From the NCBI GenBank assembly GCA_005223085.1, contig NJBP01000006.1, positions 1 to 59,586 on the forward strand: 59,586 bases of DNA, given 5' to 3'. This DNA comes from Candidatus Aerophobetes bacterium Ae_b3b. Lineage in GTDB: Bacteria > Aerophobota > Aerophobia > Aerophobales > AE-B3A. A program made the translations under genes and the position numbers. The stretch's first letter is position 1; the number at the start of each line of letters is the position of its first letter. The notes under the pieces are model-generated. The model searched no databases. It was not told where the DNA came from and saw only the letters and a program-made list of their open reading frames with translations. Of this stretch, positions 27,858-38,363 are shown in pieces.

Positions 27858-30461
27858 ATGCAGATAATCACCACTCATACAGGAACGGACTTTGATGGCC
27901 TTGCTGCCACGGTGGCGGCAAGGAAACTTTATCCTGAAGCCAAGATATGCCTTCCTGGATCGGTAGCCAAGGAAGTAAGTCAATTTATCTGTGTTTATGG
28001 AAAGATATTGCAGGATGTCGCTGTAAAAAAAGTTAACCTTGATACTGTAGATCGTCTCATCCTGGTAGACACCCGCTGGATTAATCGTATAGGGATTTTC
28101 CGTGAGCTTATCGGAAAAAGGCAAGTGGAAATTCACCTATATGACCATCATCCTCCTCATCCTCAGGATATAAAGGGGGATGGGGGCGTGTGCCAAGAAA
28201 TAGGTGCTACCACTAGTATCTTGGTCCATATAATAAAGGAACAAGGTATTTCTATTGCCCCGGCGGAGGCGACTCTTTTTGCTCTAGGAATTTATGAGGA
28301 TACTGGCTCTTTAAGTTTTACCTCAACCACCTCTTTGGACCTTGAGGCAGCGGGATTTCTCCTTTCTCAGGGAGCTAGCCTCGAGCTTATCTCCAGTTTC
28401 TTAAATGAACAACTCACGGAAAAGCAGAACTTGCTTCTCAATGATTTCTTGAAAAAGGCTAAAACGAGGCTAATTAACGGGGTTGAGGTGGTGGTAATAG
28501 TTACTGAAATTGACGAATTTGTAGGAGGACTTTCCCTTCCTCTACATAAGCTCATCGATTTGAGAAACCTGGAGGTGGTTTTTACTCTCATAAAGTCCAA
28601 AGATCGAACTTATCTCCTCGGTAGGAGCAGAACTCCCTCGGTCAACGTAAGTGAGATACTTTCCGCTTTCGGGGGAGGTGGACATAACTTCGCTGCCTCA
28701 GCCTTGATTAAAGAAGGTAATCTCAAAAGACTCGAGCACAAGCTCTATCAAGTTCTCGAAGATAGAATAGAACCACGGGTCACCGTAAGTGAGGTAATGA
28801 GTTCTCCCGTCAGGACAGCCTCATCTGTGACTTCACTTAAGGAGGCAAAAAAGATACTAAATGAGTACGGGGTGGAGGATCTTCCGGTGATGGATGACGG
28901 AAAGGTGGTAGGAATAATTTCGCGAAAAAAAATAGACTATCTTATGGCTCATGATTGGGGAAAAATTCCCTTAAAAAGTTACCTTTCCCCTAAAGTTGCG
29001 GTTATCTCTCCCTCTGTCTCGATTAAGAAAGTTCAACAGGTTATGATAGAGGAAGAAACCCGAAGACTTTTGGTCATGGAAGGGAAAAAGCTGGTAGGGA
29101 TTGTTACCGGTTCCGACCTCTTAGAGGCTTTTCATGGGAGAAAAAAGAACCTGAGGGTAAGCAAAAACAAGGAGAACCTTAAAAATTCGCTTGAGACAAG
29201 GGTTCCCAAGAAAGTTCATCGAATTCTCAGACAAGCTGGCCAGATAGCTGCCGAGCTAGGATACAGGGCCTTCATAGTAGGCGGATTCGTGCGTGATCTC
29301 TTATTGGGGATAGAAAATCTAGATGTAGATTTGGTCATTGAGGGAGATGGGATCGAGTTTGCCGCTCAATTTGCCAGGGCGTTGGACGGAGAGGTAAAGA
29401 AGCACACCGAATTCAGAACAGCCGTTCTCACCCTTCCCGACGGTTTTAAACTGGATATTGCCACTGCCCGCAAGGAGTTTTATCCGGGGCCGGCTGCCCT
29501 GCCTGAGATTGAACCAGCTTCTCTGCAGGAGGACCTTTCTCGTCGGGATTTCGTCGTAAATACTATGGCCATCGATCTTGCCCCTGAAAAATTTGGAAAT
29601 CTGATAGATTTCTTTGGCGGACAGCTTGACCTTGAGCAAAAGAAGGTGAGAGTTTTACATGAAGATAGCTTTATCGAAGATCCTACCAGAGTCTTTCGTG
29701 CAGTAAGATTCGAGCAGAGATACGCCTTTACCTTGGAGGAGCGTACGGCTAGGCTAATGGGGGAAGCCCTTGGAAGTAAAGCTCTGAGCCGATTAAGTGG
29801 AGAAAGGATTCGGGAAGAATTGATTCAAATTCTAGAGGAAGACCGACCGGGTAAAGTTATTCATCGGATGCAACAACTGGGTGTTCTTGAGGCCGTTCAT
29901 CCTAAGCTCCAGCTTACCCCGGAAAAAGAAAAAAAACTGGACTATCTAGTAGATATCTTTGCCCGTTTCCAGATTCTTTTCTCCAGAGAAGTCAAGAGGT
30001 GGCTGATTCGTCTGCTGTTGTTACTAGATAATATGAGTCAGGTTGAGGTAGAAAAATTCTGTCAGAGATACCACTTTAGTAAAGAAGAAAGGGATTCCCT
30101 TATCAGTGGTAGACTTGAGGCAGAAAAGATAGTCAGGGGGCTAAGTATTCCCGGACCACTTGCTCCGAGTCTTATTTACCATTTGCTTGAGCCCTTTTCT
30201 CAGGAGGTTCTATTATTTGCTATAGCTAAAACGAGAGATAGAATGCTGGAACGCCGGATATTCCATTATCTAGCAAAATTGAAGCAGGTGAAAGTCGAGA
30301 TAGACGGAAATGACCTTAAACGTCTGGGCTACTCACCTTCTCCAAGATTCAGCCAGATTCTGGAGGAGCTAAAAAAAGCTCGATTGGACGGAAGGATAAA
30401 GACGAAGAAAGAAGAAATAAAGTACGTAAGGGATAATTTTCCCCTCAAGGAAAAAAAATGA
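27858..30461 (+). CDS. tRNA nucleotidyltransferase (CCA/A-adding) with DHH, DHHA1 and CBS domains
   Basis: DFDG, YDHH, GGGGH, tandem CBS, VGGFVRDLL..DVD, DLSRRDF, SFIEDPTRVFRAVRF. Confidence 0.93.
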   Translation: MQIITTHTGTDFDGLAATVAARKLYPEAKICLPGSVAKEVSQFICVYGKILQDVAVKKVNLDTVDRLILVDTRWINRIGIFRELIGKRQVEIHLYDHHPPHPQDIKGDGGVCQEIGATTSILVHIIKEQGISIAPAEATLFALGIYEDTGSLSFTSTTSLDLEAAGFLLSQGASLELISSFLNEQLTEKQNLLLNDFLKKAKTRLINGVEVVVIVTEIDEFVGGLSLPLHKLIDLRNLEVVFTLIKSKDRTYLLGRSRTPSVNVSEILSAFGGGGHNFAASALIKEGNLKRLEHKLYQVLEDRIEPRVTVSEVMSSPVRTASSVTSLKEAKKILNEYGVEDLPVMDDGKVVGIISRKKIDYLMAHDWGKIPLKSYLSPKVAVISPSVSIKKVQQVMIEEETRRLLVMEGKKLVGIVTGSDLLEAFHGRKKNLRVSKNKENLKNSLETRVPKKVHRILRQAGQIAAELGYRAFIVGGFVRDLLLGIENLDVDLVIEGDGIEFAAQFARALDGEVKKHTEFRTAVLTLPDGFKLDIATARKEFYPGPAALPEIEPASLQEDLSRRDFVVNTMAIDLAPEKFGNLIDFFGGQLDLEQKKVRVLHEDSFIEDPTRVFRAVRFEQRYAFTLEERTARLMGEALGSKALSRLSGERIREELIQILEEDRPGKVIHRMQQLGVLEAVHPKLQLTPEKEKKLDYLVDIFARFQILFSREVKRWLIRLLLLLDNMSQVEVEKFCQRYHFSKEERDSLISGRLEAEKIVRGLSIPGPLAPSLIYHLLEPFSQEVLLFAIAKTRDRMLERRIFHYLAKLKQVKVEIDGNDLKRLGYSPSPRFSQILEELKKARLDGRIKTKKEEIKYVRDNFPLKEKK

Positions 30462-31099
30462 AAGTACTTCTGTTATTTTCTTCTCTCATAATCTTACTTT
30501 TCTCTATAATTCTGCATGAATGCGCCCATGGACTTGCAGCTGAGCATCATGGTGATCCCACGGCAAGACAGGCAGGCAGGATTACCCTCAATCCCATTCC
30601 TCATCTGGACCCTATTGGTTCCATACTTCTGCCATTCATTATGATCATGATGAGCCTTTTTGGAGCTCCGGGGTTCATATTTGGCTGGGCCAAACCAGTT
30701 CCCATAAATCCCTATAATTTAAATGATCCCAAGCGAGATATGATGTGGATTGGACTGGCAGGTCCGGCCACCAATTTCAGCATCGCTCTTCTTTTAGCTC
30801 TTCTTTTTCGCGTTCTTGCTTTTCAGGCATCTCTAGCAGCGATCATTCTTTTTTACGGAGTTACCATCAATCTTCTGCTGGCTATCTTTAATTTAATTCC
30901 CATTCCTCCCCTTGATGGCTCCCGAATTTTGACCGGGATTCTCCCCGAGGAGTACAGTTACCGATTGAGCAGAATTGAACCCTTTGGTTTCATCATCCTC
31001 ATTATCTTGCTTATAAGTGGGATTTTCAACTTCATCTTCATGGGGGTCCTCAAGTTAAGTATACTTCTTACCGGAATGCCCTGGGGCCTTTTAGGATAG
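30458..31099 (+). CDS. Site-2 protease (peptidase M50, YwhC-like)
   Basis: HECAH, GDPTA, GWAKPVP, FNLIPIPPLDG. Confidence 0.93.
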   Translation: MKVLLLFSSLIILLFSIILHECAHGLAAEHHGDPTARQAGRITLNPIPHLDPIGSILLPFIMIMMSLFGAPGFIFGWAKPVPINPYNLNDPKRDMMWIGLAGPATNFSIALLLALLFRVLAFQASLAAIILFYGVTINLLLAIFNLIPIPPLDGSRILTGILPEEYSYRLSRIEPFGFIILIILLISGIFNFIFMGVLKLSILLTGMPWGLLG

Positions 31100-31330
31100 T
31101 TTAGTCAGATTTTCCACTTTGCCATGACCCGGTGACCATTATCTGAAATGGCTGGCAAATACTGAAGGGGGTGATAAGAATACTCAATCAAATCTTCTGA
31201 AACAAGTTTTTAATGAGGGTTCTCTTGTGTTTAATAATGTTGTCATTGGTAGGTTAGGACGCGCTCTTGCTTCTACCTCCAAAAGAAACATTATTTGACA
31301 GAGAGAAACAAAGAAAAAAAGGAGGTTAGA

Positions 31331-31597
31331 ATGCAAGGTAGCAAACTTTACGTAGGAAATCTCAGTTTTTCTGTAACTAAGGAGCAGTTGGAAGAGTTGT
31401 TCTCCAGTCATGGTGAAGTTAAGCAAGTTAACATAATTGAAGGTAGAGGTTTTGGATTTGTTGAAATGTCTAGCTCATCAGAAGCTGAAAAAGCAAAAGA
31501 AGCACTGGACGGTTCCGATTTCAAAGGACGTAACTTGAAAGTTGACGAAGCTCGCCCACCTAGAAGTAGAGAAAAAAGGGATTATCGAAGATATTAG
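31331..31597 (+). CDS. RRM-domain RNA-binding protein
   Basis: KLYVGNL (RNP2) and RGFGFVEM (RNP1); GGAGG RBS before ATG 31331. Confidence 0.93.
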   Translation: MQGSKLYVGNLSFSVTKEQLEELFSSHGEVKQVNIIEGRGFGFVEMSSSSEAEKAKEALDGSDFKGRNLKVDEARPPRSREKRDYRRY

Positions 31598-31630
31598 AAT
31601 AACTGAGAGATAATCCAAATTTAATGGCAA

Positions 31631-31661
31631 ACCCCGTTAGATGCTCGCTATCTAACGGGGT
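31631..31661. repeat. Palindromic hairpin (REP-like, possible terminator)
   Basis: ACCCCGTTAGAT ... ATCTAACGGGGT perfect 12-bp stem downstream of the RRM gene. Confidence 0.55.
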
Positions 31662-31982
31662 AAATCTAGTCACCAAGTCACAGATTTCGCCAGGTCCAAT
31701 GATCACCCTGTCCTCGGCTATTCCCAATCAATGACCGTCTCTATCCAAGAGAAACGGCAAGTTGGTCGTTTCTTTGATGAGACCAGGCTTTGTTGGACTG
31801 ACTACAGTAATCGCTAATCGTGACCTGGATCTTTTTGTTTGGGCTCTGATGACGTTCTGTCCAATTATCTTAGATGGGGGTGTATCCATTTTTTCCGTTT
31901 TCTGTCTAAGTTGCTCACCACAATTGGTGCAAAACTTTAAGGTCTCTGAAATAAGATGCTCAGCATGCATAAATAGAAAAAG

Positions 31983-33230
31983 ATGAAAAGAGCCGTTGTA
32001 ATTAATGCGATTTCTATTGTTTTAGTGTTATTCTTAAGTTCAAAGGTTCCTGCTGAAGAGCCTTCCCAGCACAAAAATAATCCTTTTACTAAATACCAAA
32101 CCGAACATTATGAAATAATAACTGACGTGAGCTTCGGGATGGCTAAAAAGGTAGGAAACGATATGGAGGCCATCCTCCAAGAGTATTCTAGAATTTTACC
32201 CTTTCCTGAAGAACAGCTACCTTCCAGTCTGTTTAGGGTGAGAATATTCCTCAGGAAAGAAGATTTCCAAAAGTATTGCCGAGAGGCTCTTGGTTGGACA
32301 TATGATCCTAAGAGCTTCGTTTACTATCATTGTCGGAATCTCGAGGAAAGGGAAGCGGTTTGTTTTCTACTACCTGAAATCCCATTCTTCAGAAGACTAC
32401 ATCATGAAGCCTTTCATCAATATTTTCGCCATTTCATTTATTATCCACCTCAGTGGCTTAACGAAGGATTAGCAGAGCTATTTGAGGCAAGTCCTATGAC
32501 AGAGCAAGGAAGACTACAAATAAAGCCTAGTCCAGGATGGGTAAGACGGCTAAAAGAGGATGTACTGATTTCCAAAAAACATCCATATATTGATCTCAAG
32601 AGTTTGCTTACCATGAGTAAGAAGGAATGGCTGAAAAATTCTGGTTCAACTCGGGCGGAATCTTGGGCTTTCTGCTACTACCTTTTAAAATCAGAAAAGG
32701 CTCAATTGGCTCGTTACTTGGACAATTGCATTGAGGTATTAAATCCGGATGCCTCCCGGGAAGAAAATACCAATAACGTATTCCAAGGAGTTTTTGCCAA
32801 GATAAATTTGCCACGATTGGAAAAAGATTGGGTGGAGTTTATCCGAAAAATACACCCGGCCGAAGGATATGGCTTCTTTGAGAAAGGGCAAGGATTGTTA
32901 GGAAAAAGGAAGTACCAGGAGGCCTTGACTGAATTCAACAAGGCTATTGAGATGAATGATAGCTACGACAGATACTATTATTTTCGGGCCCTGACATACT
33001 ATTCCCTAAAAAGATATGACCAGGCAATCAAAAATTTGAAAAAGGCTTTAAATATCTTTCCTGAATATACTGCTGCACTTTTCCTTTTGGCTAAGGTCTA
33101 CCAGAAAAAGAAAGATTATGTCAGGGCTAAGGAAAGTCTCCTGAAGCTCATCGAGTACGAATCTGTCTATAAAGATGAAGCAGAAAAATTGCTTGATGAG
33201 ATCAATCAGAAATTAAGGCAGAAAAATTAA
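31983..33230 (+). CDS. Secreted DUF1570/peptidase-MA-like (HExxH) protein with C-terminal TPR repeats
   Basis: Signal peptide, HHEAFHQY...PQWLNEGLAE, ESWAFCYYL, three to four TPR units. Confidence 0.8.
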   Translation: MKRAVVINAISIVLVLFLSSKVPAEEPSQHKNNPFTKYQTEHYEIITDVSFGMAKKVGNDMEAILQEYSRILPFPEEQLPSSLFRVRIFLRKEDFQKYCREALGWTYDPKSFVYYHCRNLEEREAVCFLLPEIPFFRRLHHEAFHQYFRHFIYYPPQWLNEGLAELFEASPMTEQGRLQIKPSPGWVRRLKEDVLISKKHPYIDLKSLLTMSKKEWLKNSGSTRAESWAFCYYLLKSEKAQLARYLDNCIEVLNPDASREENTNNVFQGVFAKINLPRLEKDWVEFIRKIHPAEGYGFFEKGQGLLGKRKYQEALTEFNKAIEMNDSYDRYYYFRALTYYSLKRYDQAIKNLKKALNIFPEYTAALFLLAKVYQKKKDYVRAKESLLKLIEYESVYKDEAEKLLDEINQKLRQKN

Positions 33231-33296
33231 ACGTAGATCTCCTTTTTGTTTAGGTTACAGGAAACTTGCTCAAATTTTTGGCAACTTTCTTGTTCT

Positions 33297-33545
33297 CTAC
33301 CGGGGAAGGAAAGATGGAATACGCATGAGAAAGGCGTCCTCCTTGCCCGAACCGAAGGAGGTTGTGCGCCCCGTTACATACACGTTACCTTGGGCATCGA
33401 TGGCAACCCCGTAACCGCGATCGTCCTCACCGCCTCCCCAGAACCTCAACCACGTCGGCTCAATAGTATCAAGTGCGAAGACCCTTGAGGCAAGGGAAAG
33501 CACCAGCCATCCCAGAAAGAGTGTCCTGGCAGTGTTTACTTTCAA
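33297..33545 (-). pseudogene. Short or collapsed SBBP beta-propeller repeat protein (signal peptide plus a single blade)
   Basis: AGGAGG RBS and TTG start; WGGGEDDRGYGVAIDAQGNVYVTGRTTSFGSGKEDAFL matches one SBBP repeat. Confidence 0.55.
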
Positions 33546-33883
33546 CTTTACTACCTCCTGGCATACTTTAAAGACAAGCTCCATAGCGATCTCGAAAAGA
33601 TTGCCACAAATTCGAGCAAGTTTCGTTTTCTCCCCCAGGGGCAAGAATAATGCCTATCTGGGATCTGCAGCCGCAAATATGCTGGCCCGTTGGGGTGATC
33701 GTAATTACTGCCGGTCCCACCATTCGGTTTGAGAATAAAGAACTCATCACACCATCCTGGATCTAAAGCTATAGACTTGCAAATCGTATCATAGAAGGAC
33801 TCCTTGGTGATTGAAGCCACTGATTTCTCGAGAGGCGGTGTTTGCTGACCTGTTTCAGGAGCGGCTGCCTCGGCTTACCTTTC

Positions 33884-34130
33884 TCAGTGGATCCGCACTT
33901 TCACTCCCAAACCGGGTCCCTCAGTGTAGTGATAGTAGGTGATCGTGTTCTTACCCGGTGTGACCATAGACATAATGTCGCAGTAAGAGTCTTTGCCGGT
34001 GACCTCACGAACCTCTTTCCCCTTAACGTAGTCGTTGATGACCCCACCGAGCTCCTGGTCAAAGCGCACAAATTTCCAAGCGTACTTTCCGTTGACCTTG
34101 AGCCAGGCCGCCCTCCCCCACCTCTTGTGG
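33884..34130 (-). pseudogene. Fragment of an unknown beta-rich protein
   Basis: Protein-like frame AWLKVNGKYAWKFVRFDQELGG...PGKNTITYYHYTEGPGLGVKVRIH with no convincing start; lies next to MITE copy 2. Confidence 0.3.
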
Positions 34131-34183
34131 GTTTATGAGCAATCAGACTCAAGTTAGGTATGCTTCTTACCGGAACGCCCTGG

Positions 34184-34299
34184 GTAAGTATTCAGTGAAC
34201 CCCGTCATTTTTGGTAGTCGCAGGCTTTAGCCTGCGCACCCTAAAGGGTGCGGCTACCCTGAAAATTCAATGTGACACGGCGTTTACTCAAGCATTTAC
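34184..34299. mobile_element. MITE-like element (copy 2) with an 8-bp target-site duplication
   Basis: Ends GTAAGTATTCAGTGAAC / GTTTACTCAAGCATTTAC; flanking direct repeat CGCCCTGG at 34176-34183 and 34300-34307; REP hairpins matching copy 1. Confidence 0.75.
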
Positions 34300-34453
34300 C
34301 GCCCTGGAGGGTTTTTAGGATAGTTTCACCTAAGATTCGGCAAGACCTTTTTTATTTTAACGCCTCTTTTTCCGCGAGCAATTTCACCGATGATCTTTGC
34401 CTTTTCACCCCGGCTTGACGATAAGTTACTGACTGCTCAGTCATTTTATTATT

Positions 34454-35845
34454 CTACGCACCCACCCTTTTGGTCTCAAATATATACTTAGTGCGGGGAC
34501 GAACCTCCAGAGGATAATTACCGCTAAAGCAAGCAGTGCAATAATTCTTCGGATTCTTGACGCAACTGAGAAGTCCTTCTAAACTCAGGTACCCAAGACT
34601 ATCTGCCCCCAGCTTCTGTCTTATCTCCTCTACACTGTGAGAGGAAGCGATGAGCTCTCTTTGAACCGGCGTATCAATTCCAAAAAAGCAGGGAAATTTG
34701 ATTGGGGGAGAGGAGATGCGGAAATGAACCTCTTTTGCTCCTCCTTTTCTTAAGAGACGAATTATCTTCTTGGAAGTGGTGCCTCTGACGATAGAATCAT
34801 CCACCAGAACAATTTTTTTCCCCTGGAGAACGTCGCGTATAGGATTTAACTTTATCTTCACCTCGATGTCCCGAATGAACTGGATGGGCTGGATGAAGGT
34901 TCTTCCTATATAGTGGTTTCTGGTTAACCCCATACCATAGGGAATACTACTCTCTCGAGCATAGCCCAAAGAGGCCGAGACTCCTGAATCTGGAACAGGA
35001 ATCACCAGATCTGCCCGGGATGGTTTCTCCTGAGCCAGGCGCCTTCCTAATCTCTCCCTTACCCTATGAACGCTCTCTCCAAAGACAAGACTATCAGGAC
35101 GGGCAAAGTAGATGTGCTCGAAGATACACTGGGCAATTCTTTCCTTTGGTCCTAGAGAGAAAGATTTTAACCCCTCTTCCCCTATCACCAACATCTCCCC
35201 AGGCATTATCTCTCTTAGGTATTTCGCCCCCAGAAGGTCAAAGGCACAGGTCTCTGAAGCCAGAAGAAAACTCTTCCCCAACCTGCCCAAAACAAGAGGG
35301 CGAAATCCCTGGGGATCTCGGGCTCCAATAAGTTCATGGTCAGAAAGAAGAAGCAGGGAATAGGCGCCTTTTACTCGCCTTAAGGCTTCCAAAAGAGCCT
35401 GCCTTTTCCCTAGAGACTTGGCAAACTTGGTGAGTAAATGCACGATGATCTCGGTATCCATAGTGGACTGAAAAATCGATCCCCCTGATTCAAGTTCTTC
35501 TCTTAGCTCTTGCGCATTGATAAGATTTCCGTTGTGAGAAAGAGCAATTCCCTTTCCAAAAAAACTCACCAGCAAGGGCTGCGTATTGGCCAGGCTAGTT
35601 GAGCCCATGGTTGAATAACGATTATGCCCGATAGCCAGACGGCCGGGAAGAGATCTTAATACATCATTATTAAAAACTTTGTCTACCAGGCCCATTCCCC
35701 GATGAGTAGCCACATTAAATCCATCTGAAGAGACTATTCCTGCGCTCTCCTGTCCCCGGTGTTGAAGAGCGTAGAGTCCGAGGTAAGTCAGTCTGGCTGC
35801 CTGGCGATGGTTATAGATCCCGAAAATGCCGCATTCTTCGTGCAA
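34454..35845 (-). CDS. purF: Amidophosphoribosyltransferase
   Basis: EECGIFG, LQHRGQE, GHNRYST, HNGNL, CIFEHIYFARPDS, VDDSIVRGTT; TTG start after GGAGG. Confidence 0.97.
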   Translation of the reverse strand: MHEECGIFGIYNHRQAARLTYLGLYALQHRGQESAGIVSSDGFNVATHRGMGLVDKVFNNDVLRSLPGRLAIGHNRYSTMGSTSLANTQPLLVSFFGKGIALSHNGNLINAQELREELESGGSIFQSTMDTEIIVHLLTKFAKSLGKRQALLEALRRVKGAYSLLLLSDHELIGARDPQGFRPLVLGRLGKSFLLASETCAFDLLGAKYLREIMPGEMLVIGEEGLKSFSLGPKERIAQCIFEHIYFARPDSLVFGESVHRVRERLGRRLAQEKPSRADLVIPVPDSGVSASLGYARESSIPYGMGLTRNHYIGRTFIQPIQFIRDIEVKIKLNPIRDVLQGKKIVLVDDSIVRGTTSKKIIRLLRKGGAKEVHFRISSPPIKFPCFFGIDTPVQRELIASSHSVEEIRQKLGADSLGYLSLEGLLSCVKNPKNYCTACFSGNYPLEVRPRTKYIFETKRVGA

Positions 35846-35955
35846 GACCCATCCTCCTTTGGTTATTCTATAACTTCCCCCCACCCCTGTCAAATCAAAA
35901 GGCCCTTTCCAGAAAGCCAGCTTCAAACTTTTTCCGGAAACTGGGGGTTAAGAAT

Positions 35956-35984
35956 TTGACAAAGAGGCTCGTCTATTGTATAAA
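35956..35984 (+). promoter_or_regulatory. Sigma70-type promoter of pheT
   Basis: TTGACA-17-TATAAA. Confidence 0.55.
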
Positions 35985-36008
35985 AGTGACCAAACCGGAA
36001 AAATAAAG

Positions 36009-38357
36009 ATGAGAGTGTCTTATCAGTACCTCAAAAAAATAGTCGATTTTACTTTTTCTCCGGAGGAGCTAGCTGAGCAGCTAACCAACCTCGGTCTTGA
36101 GGTAAGATTAGTGGAGCCCTTCGGTAAACTCGAAAAGATTGTAGTAGGGAGGATTCTTTCCCTTGAGCCTCATCCTAATGCGGATAGGATAAAGCTGGTT
36201 AAGGTAGATGTAGGAGGCAAAGTTATCCCCCTTGTCTGCGGTGCGCCTAATATAAAACCGCACTTGATGGTCCCGGTAGCCTTGGAGGGAGCAGTGCTTC
36301 GGGGGGGAATAAAGGTAAGAAAGGTAAAAGTGCGGGGAGTGGATTCTCCGGGAACAATCTGCTCAGAGGATGAGCTTGGATTGGGTAAGGATCAATCAGG
36401 AGTTATGGTGCTTCCCTCGTATCTTAGCTCAGGAATAAATCTATCTGAAGCTTTGGACCTGGAAGATACCGTCCTGGATCTTGAGATAACGCCTAACCGC
36501 GGCGATTGCCTTTCCATACTGGGAATAGCAAGGGAAATTGCAGCCCTCACTCACCACCCACTACATTTACCTTCTTATAGGATAAGAGAAGAGAAGGTAA
36601 GCTCACTTGAGGAGGTTCAGATAGAGATAAGGGATAGCGATCTTTGTCCTTACTACAGCGCTCGCCTGATAAAGAATGTAAAAGTGGGGCCTTCTCCTCT
36701 TTGGCTTTGGCAAAAGATTGTGCTCTCTGGAGCCAAACCCATTAATAATGTAGTGGACATTACTAATTATGTTTTGTGGGAGATGGGTCAACCGCTTCAT
36801 GCTTTTGATTATAGGCTCATTACCGACCACAGGATAATGGTTCGCCGGGCAAAAAATGATGAGATTCTAATTACTCTGGATGAAATCGAACGAGAGCTTG
36901 ATGAGGATATGTTGGTTATCGCTGACGCAGCAGCACCGATTGCCTTAGCTGGAGTTATGGGAGGACAAGATTCTCAGGTTACTCCAGCTACCCAAGATGT
37001 TCTTCTGGAAGCGGCCTACTTTGATCCGGTGGGTATCCAGCGAACCTCCAGAAGAATAGGTTTGAGCACTGAGGCTTCCCATAGATTTGAAAAAACCGTG
37101 GATCCTTCAGGAGTAAGGAAAGCTCTGGATAGAGCCGCTTTTCTTCTCCAGGCAGTAGCTGGGGGGAAGATTGAGGGACCCATCCAGGAGGCAGGATCGC
37201 TGCCGGCAAAGAAACGATGGACTTTTCTTCGTCCTTCTCGGACCCGCCGAATTCTGGGAAGCCAGATCTCCTCGGGTAGAATGAAGCAGATTCTCGAGAG
37301 TCTACAATTTGACGTCGAGGAGAAAGAGAAAAGCTGGAGGATAGGTATCCCCTCTTTTAGACCTGATATCAACAGGGAAATAGATCTCATTGAGGAAATA
37401 GCCAGGTTTTATGGATATAATCGGTTAAGGATAAGCTTTCCCCCTTTAGGAGGCGAGGAATCTCGCGAGCCTCTTGAGGAACTTTATAGAAAAAAGATAA
37501 GGGAAATCCTTAAAGGGTTGGGGTTCTATGAAGTTATAGCAAGTGGCCTCAGTGAAGAAAGTCTCTTTAAGAAGGCCAGTTTTTCCCTTAAGGAGGAAAT
37601 AAAGATCAGAAATCCTCTATCTACGCAAGGACAGATTCTAACCAGCCATCTTTTTCCTCGTTTATTAGCAATTGTCAGTCATAATCTCAATCAGGGGATA
37701 GAGGAATTGCGTATTTTTGAATTAGCACCTATCTTCAAGAAAGATCATCCTTTCCAGGAAACTCCTTTTTTGGCCGGGTTAGTTTCGGAAAAAGGGTTTG
37801 ACTTTCTTTCTTTGAAAGGAATAGGGGAAACTCTCCTGGATGGTCTGGACATAAAGGAAGTGGAATATACCCCCGGTGATTGTCCTTACCTTTCTCCTCA
37901 ACAGAGAGCTGAAGTTAAAAAGGGGGAAACCCCCATTGGGAGACTGGGAAGACTTAACCAGAAAATCGCCGAAAACTTCCAGCTCTCTTTCCCCCTATAT
38001 CTATTTGAGTATGTTTTTCCTTATCTTCTGTCTTCTCATAGCCTGGAAAAGAGATTTAAACCGCTTCCAAAGTTTCCTTCTATTCGACGTGACTTGGCTC
38101 TGGTGGTGAAAGAAGAAATCCCAGCCGAAAGAGTTAAAGAGAAGATTATCAAGGCAGGAGGAAAGTGGTTGGAGAAAACTGAGCTTTTTGATATTTATCG
38201 GGGAGGATCTATTCCTCCTCATTATAAAAGTCTTGCCTATTCTTTGACTTTTCGACGTTCGGATAGAACCTTAAAAGATGAGGAGGTAGATAGCATTCAG
38301 CAAGCCATAGTGAAGTTATTGAAGGAGCAGTTAGGAGCTAGTCTCAGGCGAGAGTGA
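36009..38357 (+). CDS. pheT: Phenylalanine--tRNA ligase beta subunit
   Basis: HPNAD, VCGAPN, TPNRGDCLS, GQPLHAFD, DLIEEIAR, C-terminal FDX-ACB domain. Confidence 0.97.
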   Translation: MRVSYQYLKKIVDFTFSPEELAEQLTNLGLEVRLVEPFGKLEKIVVGRILSLEPHPNADRIKLVKVDVGGKVIPLVCGAPNIKPHLMVPVALEGAVLRGGIKVRKVKVRGVDSPGTICSEDELGLGKDQSGVMVLPSYLSSGINLSEALDLEDTVLDLEITPNRGDCLSILGIAREIAALTHHPLHLPSYRIREEKVSSLEEVQIEIRDSDLCPYYSARLIKNVKVGPSPLWLWQKIVLSGAKPINNVVDITNYVLWEMGQPLHAFDYRLITDHRIMVRRAKNDEILITLDEIERELDEDMLVIADAAAPIALAGVMGGQDSQVTPATQDVLLEAAYFDPVGIQRTSRRIGLSTEASHRFEKTVDPSGVRKALDRAAFLLQAVAGGKIEGPIQEAGSLPAKKRWTFLRPSRTRRILGSQISSGRMKQILESLQFDVEEKEKSWRIGIPSFRPDINREIDLIEEIARFYGYNRLRISFPPLGGEESREPLEELYRKKIREILKGLGFYEVIASGLSEESLFKKASFSLKEEIKIRNPLSTQGQILTSHLFPRLLAIVSHNLNQGIEELRIFELAPIFKKDHPFQETPFLAGLVSEKGFDFLSLKGIGETLLDGLDIKEVEYTPGDCPYLSPQQRAEVKKGETPIGRLGRLNQKIAENFQLSFPLYLFEYVFPYLLSSHSLEKRFKPLPKFPSIRRDLALVVKEEIPAERVKEKIIKAGGKWLEKTELFDIYRGGSIPPHYKSLAYSLTFRRSDRTLKDEEVDSIQQAIVKLLKEQLGASLRRE

Positions 38358-38363
38358 GGGGAC

